A DNA stretch of 64,000 nucleotides from a virus: the IMG/VR virus record IMGVR_UViG_3300009548_000002; one strand, written 5' to 3'. Position numbers and translations under genes: made by a program. The notes beneath the pieces are model-generated. The model was not told the DNA's origin, ran no database searches, and saw only the letters and a program-made list of their open reading frames with translations. Positions 9,328 through 18,524 of this stretch are shown piece by piece (positions within the stretch are counted from its first letter, which is position 1; every line of letters begins with the position of its first letter).

Positions 9328-9611
9328 TCCCGAAGATGGATCAGAGCAAGCTGCCGAGTGCGGGCGAGATGCGTGAGCGCATCGCCAAGCTCGAAAAGGA
9401 TCGTGAAGACAAACGCACGCTCCGCGGAAAGCACGCGCCGAAACCAGGGACATGCCGCGTCTGCGGCGGCAGCGTCGTGGGTAACGTCGCTTACCCGCAT
9501 TCAGACAGAATCGGTGGCCCGCCGCTCCAGGCCTACGTCCAGGATTGGCACTGCGAGGGCTGCGGCATCGTCTACAAATTCCCGCCGATGGAAAAGAAGC
9601 GAGCGAAGTGA
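9324..9611 (+). CDS. Zinc-ribbon small protein
   Basis: CRVCGG...CEGCG; GTGA overlap. Confidence 0.45.
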   Translation: MIPKMDQSKLPSAGEMRERIAKLEKDREDKRTLRGKHAPKPGTCRVCGGSVVGNVAYPHSDRIGGPPLQAYVQDWHCEGCGIVYKFPPMEKKRAK

Positions 9612-10801
9612 TGAGTGACGAACGAGAAAAATATTTCGTCCCTGAGAACGAGGTCGCTGGGAGCCGGCGCGAACACCTCTCGCCGTCGGGAAAATACAAA
9701 CTCGTCGTGTCGTCCTTCTCGACGCGCGAAGGCGGATGGAGCTACACGCGCGGCAAAGCCTTCAAGATCGGCTCGGATGAACCCATCGCTGTCGTCGATC
9801 GCAATTACTCGGCGTTCCCGTTCTCGTGGATCGAAGATCATCCGAACGGACACGCCTTCCTCATCGCGGGTGAGGATTACCAAGGACAGACCGTCGTCGA
9901 GCTGGATACCGGCAAGCGCCGCGACCACCTCGGCGAAGAGGCCGAGCAGGGTATCGAGTTCTGCTGGTCCGAGCACCGGTTCGATCCGAAGAGCATGCTG
10001 CTCGTCGTGTGCGGCTGCTACTGGGCATGCCCGTACGAGTTCCGCGTCTTCGACTTCATGAACCCGATGGCGGGATGGCCCGAACTCGAGATGTTCGGAC
10101 CGAGCGCCGAGAAAGACGATCGCGAATGGGTCGAGGAAGATCGCAAGTGGCCCGAGATCGTCGCTCCTGATTTGGCAACGCTTGGCCCGACCTTCGTTCG
10201 CACTTTCCAGACGGCGAATTACGACGAAGACGAAGACGAGAGCGACAAGGACGACGAAAGCAACAAGAGCGAGAAGGCGAAGAAGAACCCGGCAGAGATC
10301 CGCGCGATCAAGACTTTCAAACGCGTGGGTCCGAGGCTCATCTTGCAAGACGAATGGGTCTCGGAAGCCGAGAAGAAGTCGCGCCACGAGCGCGAAGAGG
10401 GTCGCAAGAAATACGAGGCCGAGGTCGCCGCCTTCCGCGCGAGCGACCCGCTCTACCTCGCGTACATGAACGAGCTGAACGCGTTCAGGCTCACATGCGA
10501 CGCGGACCATGAGCCCGAAGAACACGATTGGCACGGCATCACACACGACACTTGGTGTCCCGACTTCAAGAAGAAAGAGCGCCGGTGGGGTCGCCGCATT
10601 TACCAGCGAAAACGCAACGAGGCCGGCGTTCTCGAGTCCAGTAACCCCACGATCGAACTCGAATGGGCCGTAGAGACAGGCCCCGTCAAGCTCACGGTGT
10701 GGCACGGCGACGACGGCCCGAAGGTCGAACTCTTCTACGAGCACTCTGTAGATGGAATTCAGAAAGCGTTCGCGCGAGCGCGTGAAGAGATCGCGCGTTG
10801 A
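9611..10801 (+). CDS. Hypothetical protein, about 396 aa, acidic central linker
   Basis: Start MSDEREKYF overlaps the upstream stop; strong GC3 throughout. Confidence 0.6.
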   Translation: MSDEREKYFVPENEVAGSRREHLSPSGKYKLVVSSFSTREGGWSYTRGKAFKIGSDEPIAVVDRNYSAFPFSWIEDHPNGHAFLIAGEDYQGQTVVELDTGKRRDHLGEEAEQGIEFCWSEHRFDPKSMLLVVCGCYWACPYEFRVFDFMNPMAGWPELEMFGPSAEKDDREWVEEDRKWPEIVAPDLATLGPTFVRTFQTANYDEDEDESDKDDESNKSEKAKKNPAEIRAIKTFKRVGPRLILQDEWVSEAEKKSRHEREEGRKKYEAEVAAFRASDPLYLAYMNELNAFRLTCDADHEPEEHDWHGITHDTWCPDFKKKERRWGRRIYQRKRNEAGVLESSNPTIELEWAVETGPVKLTVWHGDDGPKVELFYEHSVDGIQKAFARAREEIAR

Positions 10802-12333
10802 GCTTTCCCTTCCTTCACCGCGAGACGCCCTCGGTCGTGCGCGTCCTTCATCCGGACATCGACATCAAGCTTTTCGCGAACGAGTCGGTCTCCGTGGAGG
10901 CCGACGCATTCGAGCAGCTCATCGAGTTCGCCGACGTGGCCCGCGCGATCCGAGAAGTTCGTGAGCGGGACACGCGCGGCGCCGGCGATCCGTTCTTCGG
11001 CGACGCCGCGCCCGCGATCGAACGCGTCGTGCTCACGCCGGACTTTCACAAAGGCTCGGGCATTCCCGTCGGCACGGTGGTTCAGGCAAAGAACGTCGTC
11101 ATCCCGCAAGCGATTGGCAACGACGTCTGCTGCGGGATGCGGCTCCTCGCGACCGATCTGCCGGCCGAGTCCCTCGAGCCGCACTGGCCCGCGATCCAGA
11201 AGCGTCTCCGCGCGATCTTCTTCGAGGGCGAACGCGACATCCCGATGTCGCCGCGGCAGCGCGAAGCGGTCCTCCGTCATGGCCTACCAGGTCTTGTGGA
11301 CACGTCGGACGACAATCTCACGCGAGGGATCTGGCAGCGCTTCGATCCGAAGTCGCAGCGGGATGACGTCCACCACGTGCACGGCGGCGGGATCCTTCCG
11401 ACAAGGAGACTCTTCGGGTTCGAGAACTTCATCCGCTCGTCGGGCAACATCGACGGCCGCGACCCGCAGATCGGATGCGTCGGCGGCGGCAATCACTTCG
11501 TCGAGATCCAGCGCATCGACGCGCTCTACGAGGGCCACGCGGCTCGCGCGTGGAACCTCGTCCGCGGCAACGTCGCCATCATGGTGCACTCGGGCTCCGT
11601 CGGGATCGGGCACGCTGTCGGTGGGCACTTTATGGATCGCGCGCGCGAGATCTTCCCGAGCGACATCGCGTCGCCGAAAGGCGGCTTCTTCCCACTGCCG
11701 ACGGAAGGACCGAGATGCGAAGAGGGACTCTTCTATCTCGACGGGATGGGGAACGCTGCGAACTTCGCCTTCGCGAACCGGCTCTTTTTGGGTCTCATGG
11801 CTCTTCGCGCCATCGAAGAGGCGACAGGGCTCAGTATCGATGCGCGGCTCGTTTACGACGCGCCCCACAACCTCGTCTTCAAGGACAACGAGTCGTGCCT
11901 CCATCGCAAAGGCGTAACCCCGGCGCACGGGCCAACGGACGACGGCCAAGGTTCCGAGTGGCTCGGCAAGCCTGTCATCATCCCGGGGTCCATGGGCGCG
12001 CCGAGCTACCTTCTCGCGGGCGAGGAGAACGATGAAGCACTCTCAAGCGCGTGTCACGGCGCCGGCCGGAGTCTCTCACGCGGAAAAGCGGCACATGTTC
12101 CGCGCTCCGAGTACCTCGAATCCGTGGAGCGCCTCCGCATCGTCGGGCCCGTCGATCCGAAGTCGCCGATGATGCGAATGAGGAAAGACATTCTCGATAA
12201 ATACGAGAAGCGCATGATGGAGGAGGCGCCTTACGCCTATAAACCCATCGAGCCCGTCATCGACTCTGTCGTGGACGCGCACGTTGCGCAGCGTGTGGCG
12301 AAGCTCTTCCCGCTCTGCACCGTGAAAGGGTGA
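10798..12333 (+). CDS. rtcB: RtcB-family RNA ligase (joins 3'-phosphate/2',3'-cyclic phosphate to 5'-OH)
   Basis: RtcB metal/GMP motif series: DVCCGMR, GGGNHFVEIQ, HSGSVGIGH, LHRKG, CHGAGR; TTG start overlapping the upstream TGA. Confidence 0.9.
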   Translation: MSFPFLHRETPSVVRVLHPDIDIKLFANESVSVEADAFEQLIEFADVARAIREVRERDTRGAGDPFFGDAAPAIERVVLTPDFHKGSGIPVGTVVQAKNVVIPQAIGNDVCCGMRLLATDLPAESLEPHWPAIQKRLRAIFFEGERDIPMSPRQREAVLRHGLPGLVDTSDDNLTRGIWQRFDPKSQRDDVHHVHGGGILPTRRLFGFENFIRSSGNIDGRDPQIGCVGGGNHFVEIQRIDALYEGHAARAWNLVRGNVAIMVHSGSVGIGHAVGGHFMDRAREIFPSDIASPKGGFFPLPTEGPRCEEGLFYLDGMGNAANFAFANRLFLGLMALRAIEEATGLSIDARLVYDAPHNLVFKDNESCLHRKGVTPAHGPTDDGQGSEWLGKPVIIPGSMGAPSYLLAGEENDEALSSACHGAGRSLSRGKAAHVPRSEYLESVERLRIVGPVDPKSPMMRMRKDILDKYEKRMMEEAPYAYKPIEPVIDSVVDAHVAQRVAKLFPLCTVKG

Positions 12334-12366
12334 AGGGGTGAGGAAGCAGTCAGCATATAACGTTAC

Positions 12367-12615
12367 TTGATGTATCGTGGGATGCATGTCATACTGAACT
12401 GCATGGGTACGAAAAGGATCTACTGCGACGTTCGCGAGGCCTACCCCGTCTTCTCCGTGTCGGAAAAAGAAGAGTGGTCAGGCCAACCTTCCAGCGAAGT
12501 CGACGAAGAGACGCTCGAGCACTGGCACAAAGCGATGGCAGATTGGGCGGAAGTCCAAGAAGAGATCCGATCCGCCTTCGCGGCGGTCGATCCAGACTTC
12601 AGAAGGCACATGTGA
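12367..12615 (+). CDS. Hypothetical small acidic protein (start possibly 12403)
   Basis: Track ORF; coding bias. Confidence 0.4.
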   Translation: MMYRGMHVILNCMGTKRIYCDVREAYPVFSVSEKEEWSGQPSSEVDEETLEHWHKAMADWAEVQEEIRSAFAAVDPDFRRHM

Positions 12616-12833
12616 TGCTCTGGCTCGTCGAAGACTACGAACGCTGGGGCTACAGCCTGAACGTCGTTCGCGCCGCGACCGCGGAAGAAGCGTACAGACT
12701 CGTGAACCCCCACGACGAACGCGACATGAAACTCTTGGAACGCGTCCACATCTGGCCGCTTGCCGTGGACGGCGAGCCCGCAATCTTGTGGTGCCGCGAC
12801 GAATCTCCCGACACGCCCAACAGGGGTGATTGA
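12612..12833 (+). CDS. Hypothetical small protein
   Basis: ATGA overlap; start MLWLVEDYERW. Confidence 0.4.
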   Translation: MMLWLVEDYERWGYSLNVVRAATAEEAYRLVNPHDERDMKLLERVHIWPLAVDGEPAILWCRDESPDTPNRGD

Positions 12834-12887
12834 GGAACCTCGGTACCCGTCTCGCCATGATCTTGGGATGCTGATAAGCTTTCCCCT

Positions 12888-13418
12888 ATGGCCTTCCTCG
12901 ACAAGGAGCTGCTCATTTCTGCCGGCCTCGGCGGCGTCGTCGGTCTCGGGATCGGTGCCGCATTCCTCAGCGAAGAAGACGAGTCATCGTCGTCGAAGCT
13001 CCTCTGGTTTCTCTTGGGTGGGGCGGTCCTCGCGGGTGGCGCCGTCAAGTTCGCGGGCCCGAAGACGCGGCACCTCGTCGGCTACGAGGGCCTCTTCTTC
13101 GCCGGGGCCGGAGCGAGCTTCGAGGACGCGTGGTCGCACGCCGCGCAGAAGTACGACCCCAGCAGCGGCCACGTGCCCGACCTCACCGCCGACCAGCTCG
13201 CGCGGCCTTTCGCCGGCGGTGCGTTCTTGAACGCGTGCGGCGCGCCGGAAGACATGGGCGTGACGATCAAAGCCGCGGTCCAGAACGGCCACGCCGTCGG
13301 TGTGACCGTGACGACCTCGCCGCCGAACCCCCGCATCGCAGCCTGCATCGACGCTGCCGTCCGACGCATGGCGTTCCCGCCGAACCCGAACCTCGACGCC
13401 GTGACGCAAACGTTCTGA
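12888..13418 (+). CDS. Membrane protein, two predicted TM helices
   Basis: MAFLDKELLISAGLGGVVGLGIGAAF and LLWFLLGGAVLAGGAV hydrophobic segments. Confidence 0.5.
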   Translation: MAFLDKELLISAGLGGVVGLGIGAAFLSEEDESSSSKLLWFLLGGAVLAGGAVKFAGPKTRHLVGYEGLFFAGAGASFEDAWSHAAQKYDPSSGHVPDLTADQLARPFAGGAFLNACGAPEDMGVTIKAAVQNGHAVGVTVTTSPPNPRIAACIDAAVRRMAFPPNPNLDAVTQTF

Positions 13419-13431
13419 GGAGATCCTTGCC

Positions 13432-13737
13432 ATGGCCTTTTTCGACAAAGAGCTGCTCGTCTCGGCCGGGATTGGCGGTCTCGTGGGCCTCGCGGTCGGC
13501 GCAACCTCTTCGAAGAAGCCGTCCTCGGATCTCTATTGGTTCTTCGGTCTCGGGGCCGTCGTCGCGGGTGCGGCCGTGAAGTGGGCGGAGACGAAACGTG
13601 CCCCCGGCCACCTCGTGGGCCACTACCCAAACTTCGACCGACCTGGCTGGCCCTCGTACGAGCATGATTGGGATCCCTCGGGCTTCCCCGAGTACGAGCA
13701 GCATTTGGATCCCGCAGGATGGCCGCGCTATGGGTGA
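13432..13737 (+). CDS. Membrane protein, paralogue of the N-terminal half of the upstream gene
   Basis: MAFFDKELLVSAGIGGLVGLAVGA... is nearly identical to the start of 12888-13418. Confidence 0.5.
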   Translation: MAFFDKELLVSAGIGGLVGLAVGATSSKKPSSDLYWFFGLGAVVAGAAVKWAETKRAPGHLVGHYPNFDRPGWPSYEHDWDPSGFPEYEQHLDPAGWPRYG

Positions 13738-13969
13738 TTCCACGATCGAGAGCGTCGAACACCTCCACGAAGAGGCCGACGAGCGTTTTGCCGCGCTCGT
13801 CGAGGAGCTGAAGGCCGAGTGCCGAGGTATGGACGAAGTGACCTTCGCGGGCACGATCTCGGCCATCCTCTTCAAGACGGGCATCAAGCTCGCCGCCCAT
13901 CACGGCGCCCCGAAAGACGTCGTGCAGCTCGCCGTGGCCCAGACGATCGACGAGTGCTTCGGGTCCTAA
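13730..13969 (+). CDS. Hypothetical small protein
   Basis: Start MGDSTIESV inside track ORF 13598-13969. Confidence 0.4.
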   Translation: MGDSTIESVEHLHEEADERFAALVEELKAECRGMDEVTFAGTISAILFKTGIKLAAHHGAPKDVVQLAVAQTIDECFGS

Positions 13970-13974
13970 ACGAC

Positions 13975-14265
13975 CTAGCGACTCGCCGCGGCCACGCTCG
14001 GGCTATGGGCGACCCACTTCCTCACGATCGCGCTCTGGCCGCCGGTGGTGACGACGGCCGAGTGAAGCTCTCCAAGACCCACGAGGTCGCGAAGAGCCTG
14101 ATCGAATTCTTCGAAAGAAAGTGCCACGGGCCGCTCGACGCGGAGCGGGCATCCTGGAGAGCGATCGTCCTTCACGGCGGCGTCTTCTTCACCTTCTTCA
14201 TACGTCTGGGTTTTTGCCTCAACCCGCTTTGAAATGGAAGCGGAAGCTGCATGCATTTCGTGCAA
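13975..14265 (-). CDS. Hypothetical acidic protein (start uncertain)
   Basis: Minus-strand GC3 about 70%; overlaps a promoter-like ATGCATT motif at its 5' end. Confidence 0.35.
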   Translation of the reverse strand: MHEMHAASASISKRVEAKTQTYEEGEEDAAVKDDRSPGCPLRVERPVALSFEEFDQALRDLVGLGELHSAVVTTGGQSAIVRKWVAHSPSVAAASR

Positions 14266-14327
14266 TAGCGCTCGCCTTTCTTGCGAGGCCGATTACTGCA
14301 TCCCGGACAGAGCCGCTTCGTCATCGC

Positions 14328-14738
14328 TCACGGCTGCTTAGACTTGAGCTTGCGGATGCGTTCCGCGGAATCATCGCCGCGCTCGCTCGTGACCGCGGCC
14401 TCTTCGAGAGCGTCATCTCGGACGTCGCGGAACGCGAGCGCGAGCGCGCGGCCATCGAACTCGTGACCGCTCGCGTGGAACGTCTTGTCTTGCCAAGCCC
14501 TCGCGCGCTCGAGGAGATTCCGAGGAACGCGTTCGAGCTTGCACCACTCCTCGTCGGTCAATGACATATCTTTCGCCCCAAGCAGCACTCTTTCCAATTC
14601 TTCTTTCGTGGGAGGCTTACCGATAATTCGGCTCAACTCCGCGCTTAGTTCGGGATCGAATTTGTCCGTGTCAAGCGCTCGCGCGATCTTCTCAGCAATC
14701 AATGGCACGTGACCCGCTTTTTCGTCGGTCATGGTCAC
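14328..14738 (-). CDS. Hypothetical protein, 136 aa
   Basis: Track ORF; protein-like composition. Confidence 0.45.
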   Translation of the reverse strand: MTMTDEKAGHVPLIAEKIARALDTDKFDPELSAELSRIIGKPPTKEELERVLLGAKDMSLTDEEWCKLERVPRNLLERARAWQDKTFHASGHEFDGRALALAFRDVRDDALEEAAVTSERGDDSAERIRKLKSKQP

Positions 14739-14768
14739 GCCTGTTCTTTGAATTCCATCGCGGCTTCC

Positions 14769-15083
14769 TTAGCTGGTGATGAAGCACTTCGGACAGAGGG
14801 GTCCATCGGGCACTTCGGCATGCGTGAGGTTTTCGCCACACGACGTTTCCGTGCTGTTCACATTGCGGAAGACGTGGCGCTTGCCGTCCCCGGCCATCGT
14901 CGCGCACACCGCAGGCGTGGACGAATCCACGAGCCACGCAGTGAGAACACGTGCCTGATGAGCATGCTCGTCGTCCCCAAAACGCACGATGTAGAAGGGC
15001 TTGTCCTTATCAAACCCTTCGACGCGGCCGTCAAACACTTTCACGTCTTCGATCATGGGCTTCATTTTCCCATCTTCGATCAT
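14769..15083 (-). CDS. Hypothetical protein with CPKC motif
   Basis: Well-coded C-terminal part of ORF 14769-15215. Confidence 0.4.
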   Translation of the reverse strand: MIEDGKMKPMIEDVKVFDGRVEGFDKDKPFYIVRFGDDEHAHQARVLTAWLVDSSTPAVCATMAGDGKRHVFRNVNSTETSCGENLTHAEVPDGPLCPKCFITS

Positions 15084-15286
15084 GAGGCCCCCTTCGCGCG
15101 GGAGGCTTTGATCGCCGCGACGAAGTCGTGAAGGAAGCGTGTCGCCTCTTGTGCGCTGTCCGCTTCCGCGATGACGACGCCACCGACTGCATCGCGACCG
15201 AGGGCGACGAGCCACTTACCGGGCTCACCGATCTGTTCGCCCGAAAAGACACCGACGTCGAAGGGCCGAATTCGAATCATGGTCAA
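15080..15286 (-). CDS. Hypothetical small protein
   Basis: Track ORF overlapping the downstream start. Confidence 0.35.
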   Translation of the reverse strand: MTMIRIRPFDVGVFSGEQIGEPGKWLVALGRDAVGGVVIAEADSAQEATRFLHDFVAAIKASRAKGAS

Positions 15287-15307
15287 TCTCGTTTCATCGC
15301 TTTCATT

Positions 15308-17062
15308 TTACTGAAGTTCGGGCGAAAGGCTGTAGGCCTTCGCAGACCCGTCGATGAGTCCGAGCGCGCGGAGATCCGCGAGCGTCTGCCCGTACGACCC
15401 CGACGTGTTCGAACGTTTGATCGCCGAGGCGATGTCCTCGCGCGACATCGGGCCGGCGCGCCAGAGAGCGCGCAGGACGAGCCCGTCGCTGGCCGGGCGC
15501 TTACCGATCCACCACTCGAGGAGCGCTTCTCCCTTCGGGAGCTTCTCGACGTAGCCGGCGACCTTCGCATGTCCTTCGGTCGTGATCGCAAACTCCTTGG
15601 ACGACCCGACGATGTCTCCCGCCGCCCGCAGATCCGCAAGCGCTTGACCGAATGATCCGCTCGTGTGCGAGTAACCGGTCCAGATCGCAAGCTTCTTCCG
15701 GTTCATCGCACCACCCGCGGCGAGGGTGCAGAGGATCTTCTTCTCGATCGGGCTCATCCCGGCGATCGAAGATTCAGCCTTCGCCGGTTTCACCGGATAA
15801 ACGACTTCATACTCCTTGGCGAACTTCTTCTTCGCGGCGCCGTTCGCGTGCTCCATTTGAGCGGACGTCGGGCCGCCCTCGAGCCAACGCTTGAGCGCCT
15901 TGAGCAGGTAGGTGTTGGTCTCGAGGATCTTGTTGTGGATCTCCTCGGCGCTGTTGAAGACCTCGATTCGCATTTTCTCGAGCGTCTCGAGTTGCTCTTT
16001 TGCCCATTCTGCCTCGGTGCGACTGAGGAGCGGCTTCTCGGGCGGCGGCGCGAGCTTCACCTCGGCGACGCGGCTCGCGAGCTGCCGCTCGAGCTGCGCG
16101 ATCCGCGTGCGAAGCACCTTCGGATCCTCGGCGCTCGCCTTCTCGATCGCGTCCGCCATCTTCTTTTTGAGCGCGTCGAGGTCCACGTGCGCGAGCGTCG
16201 TGGGAGTCACGCGCTTCTCGCCGGCCTTCGGCGTCGCCGACGAGTCGAAGGTCCGGCGCTCGCGGACGGGCACCTCTTTGAAGATGTCGAGCCAACCGGG
16301 CGACCAGCACCACGCGACGCCGCGGGCGAGTTCCGGTAAGCGCGCCAAGAACGTCTCTTTCTGGTCGGCCGTGTCGTGCTGCTCGATCCACCCTTCGAGC
16401 GCTTTGCGATCTTGCGGCGAGCTTGTGCGGTGGCAGATGAGAAGCTCGAGTTGTGTCAAAATATCTTTGTTGACCGACGCCGCGCGCTGGTCGATGACGG
16501 CGACCCCGATGCCGCTCGTCCGTCCTTGGCGAACAAGTTTCTGGATCGCGCCGACCATCTGCGCTTCCGCCCCGGTCACCCGCTGCGGGACGAAAAGATG
16601 TCCCTCGTCGATGGCGAGCAGCATCGGCGTGTCGCGGCCCTCCTCGCCCTTCCTGTGGTAGAGCCTCCGCGCGAAATCCGTCACGAAGCGACGCATGTCG
16701 CCCTGCGACTCGAAGTGCCGGAGCGACAGGATCGCCGGCAGGCGCTCCTCGACGATGAAGTCCGCGACCGTCGCACCATCGGCCGCCGTGAGCGGGACGT
16801 CGCCGTGCCTGCCGCCGAAGACGATGACGGGGTAACCGGCCTCCTTGCCGTTCTTCGATGACTTGAGCCCCCACCAGACGTCGGTTGGGTCGATGATGAC
16901 GACCTGCTGCCCGGCGTCGAGCAGCTCCTCGGTGAGGACGACACACGTGTTCGTTTTGCCCGAACCGCGGATGCCGAGAATCGCGATGGTCTCCGTGATC
17001 GCCTCGAGTGGGAGCGACAGGGCCGTGGAGATGTGGAGCTTTTTCATTCTTTTTTCACCCAT
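15308..17062 (-). CDS. HerA/FtsK-superfamily P-loop ATPase (DUF87-like) with two C-terminal winged-helix repeats
   Basis: Walker A GIRGSGKT; Walker B LLAIDEGHLF; VIDQRAAS...LLICHRT; two homologous wHTH segments (MSPIEKKILCTLAAGG... and LVLRALWRAGPMSREDIASAIKR...). Confidence 0.8.
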   Translation of the reverse strand: MGEKRMKKLHISTALSLPLEAITETIAILGIRGSGKTNTCVVLTEELLDAGQQVVIIDPTDVWWGLKSSKNGKEAGYPVIVFGGRHGDVPLTAADGATVADFIVEERLPAILSLRHFESQGDMRRFVTDFARRLYHRKGEEGRDTPMLLAIDEGHLFVPQRVTGAEAQMVGAIQKLVRQGRTSGIGVAVIDQRAASVNKDILTQLELLICHRTSSPQDRKALEGWIEQHDTADQKETFLARLPELARGVAWCWSPGWLDIFKEVPVRERRTFDSSATPKAGEKRVTPTTLAHVDLDALKKKMADAIEKASAEDPKVLRTRIAQLERQLASRVAEVKLAPPPEKPLLSRTEAEWAKEQLETLEKMRIEVFNSAEEIHNKILETNTYLLKALKRWLEGGPTSAQMEHANGAAKKKFAKEYEVVYPVKPAKAESSIAGMSPIEKKILCTLAAGGAMNRKKLAIWTGYSHTSGSFGQALADLRAAGDIVGSSKEFAITTEGHAKVAGYVEKLPKGEALLEWWIGKRPASDGLVLRALWRAGPMSREDIASAIKRSNTSGSYGQTLADLRALGLIDGSAKAYSLSPELQ

Positions 17063-17349
17063 CGCTCACGACGATGACAGGATGGGCACACGATGTAGAA
17101 GCCGCGCTCATCTTCGATCATCGACCAGCCACCGACCGCGGCGTTCGCAGCGATCGTCCTCGTGATGTACTCGACATCCCTCGCAACCATGCGTCCGTCG
17201 GACTCGAGAACCTCGTTGCCGCGGCGCGCGAGATCATATTCGAGCTGCTTGCCGCACGGGCCGCCCTCGCGCCGCGCGGCCTCGCAACGAAGCATCCCGT
17301 TCGAACGGGTTTCGACGTGGATGCGATCGTTGAAATTCACTCCTCCCAC
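17044..17349 (-). CDS. Zinc-ribbon small protein
   Basis: CGKQ...CPSCHRRERW. Confidence 0.45.
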   Translation of the reverse strand: MGGVNFNDRIHVETRSNGMLRCEAARREGGPCGKQLEYDLARRGNEVLESDGRMVARDVEYITRTIAANAAVGGWSMIEDERGFYIVCPSCHRRERWVKKE

Positions 17350-18524
17350 TCCCCTTTTCGCGCGTCCCGTTCGGCCATCATCGCGAAAAGCGCCTCCCGA
17401 TCGGCTTCGTCTTTGGCCTGGGCCGCTTCGGCTTCTTCGTCGGTCATGCCGTCGACAGGCATGTTTCGCGCGTCGTCACCGTCGTCCCAGATCGTTCGCG
17501 CGTCGTATCGGAGAAACGCCGTCGCGACGGCGTTGTCGTATTCTTGCTGCTTGCCCCATGTAAGCCAATCGTTCACGAGGCGAGCGATTTCATCATGACC
17601 GGGGCGAAAGCTCAGCGGGATGCGATGGGACGCCCAACTTTTTGCGGGCTGAGGCCGTGCGAGCGAGATTCGTGCAAGCTCACGAGCGGCATGACCACCG
17701 TGTTTCTTCGACATGAGGAGCGGGAAGAGCGTCGAGATCGCGATGGCAGCGTCTTCCTCGGACGAGACGACGGGGCTATTGCCTCCGCGGAATTCGGCGA
17801 GCAGCTCGAGGCCCCTCTTCGATCGCGCGGCCCACGTGAGGGGCTCGCGTCCCGGGATCTCGATCGTCGTCCCCCGGCTGACGAACGCGTCGCGGAGATG
17901 GCGCGAGCAGAGCCAGCGCTTGCTGTAGGGCCAGTCGCTGTTCTCGTAGAGGAGGCGCCCCGCACCCTCACGCATGCAATATTCCTTCAGAGCGTTGCCG
18001 TTCTTACTCGCGGGGTCCTTGTCGTGGTCCGCGCAGCGGGCCTCGCCGTAGAGCTTGAAGAACTCCGCCTTGCTCGCCTCATTCTCCTCGTCCGCTTTCT
18101 TCCGCGCCGCCGCTTCCTCTTCGTACTGCTCGTCCGTCGCGACGTCGTCGCCACCCGCCACGCCGATCATGTAGTCGCTGATCTTCGGTTTCACCGCGAA
18201 TCCGTCGAAGATTTTCCGGAGGCACGCCTCGCAGATCGAGAACGCATAGTTCGTGCAGTCCGAGAGCGCCGGCGAGCTGTAACCGCCCGAGACCTTGGCC
18301 TCGACGAGCCCGTGCGGGCTCTCATGGTCGGCTGAATCGCCGGGGCAAAGGCACCCGCCGCACGCGTTGCAGACCCAGCTCTCGCGCGTGCGCAGGATGC
18401 CCGTGCCCTTGCACGAGCGGCACGAGACAGCCTCTTCGAAGTCGCCCTTCGCCCGCGCGACGCTGCACGCGACGCAAGGCTCGTACATCTTCGCCGTCTC
18501 TGCCACCCTCTGCTCCTCAACCAT
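17337..18524 (-). CDS. Hypothetical protein, 395 aa, with an N-terminal multi-Cys zinc-binding region
   Basis: CVACS...CRSCKGTG...CNACGGCLC; long ORF with good coding bias. Confidence 0.55.
   Translation of the reverse strand: MVEEQRVAETAKMYEPCVACSVARAKGDFEEAVSCRSCKGTGILRTRESWVCNACGGCLCPGDSADHESPHGLVEAKVSGGYSSPALSDCTNYAFSICEACLRKIFDGFAVKPKISDYMIGVAGGDDVATDEQYEEEAAARKKADEENEASKAEFFKLYGEARCADHDKDPASKNGNALKEYCMREGAGRLLYENSDWPYSKRWLCSRHLRDAFVSRGTTIEIPGREPLTWAARSKRGLELLAEFRGGNSPVVSSEEDAAIAISTLFPLLMSKKHGGHAARELARISLARPQPAKSWASHRIPLSFRPGHDEIARLVNDWLTWGKQQEYDNAVATAFLRYDARTIWDDGDDARNMPVDGMTDEEAEAAQAKDEADREALFAMMAERDARKGEWEE

Noticed and set aside
13082-13903. 273-aa minus ORF across the membrane-protein paralogues
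   Set aside because: Antisense to three + genes with good coding bias. Product is R/P/G-rich low complexity.
15807-16946. 379-aa minus ORF in an alternative frame inside the HerA-like ATPase gene
   Set aside because: R/G/A-rich nonsense product. The ATPase frame has Walker A/B motifs.
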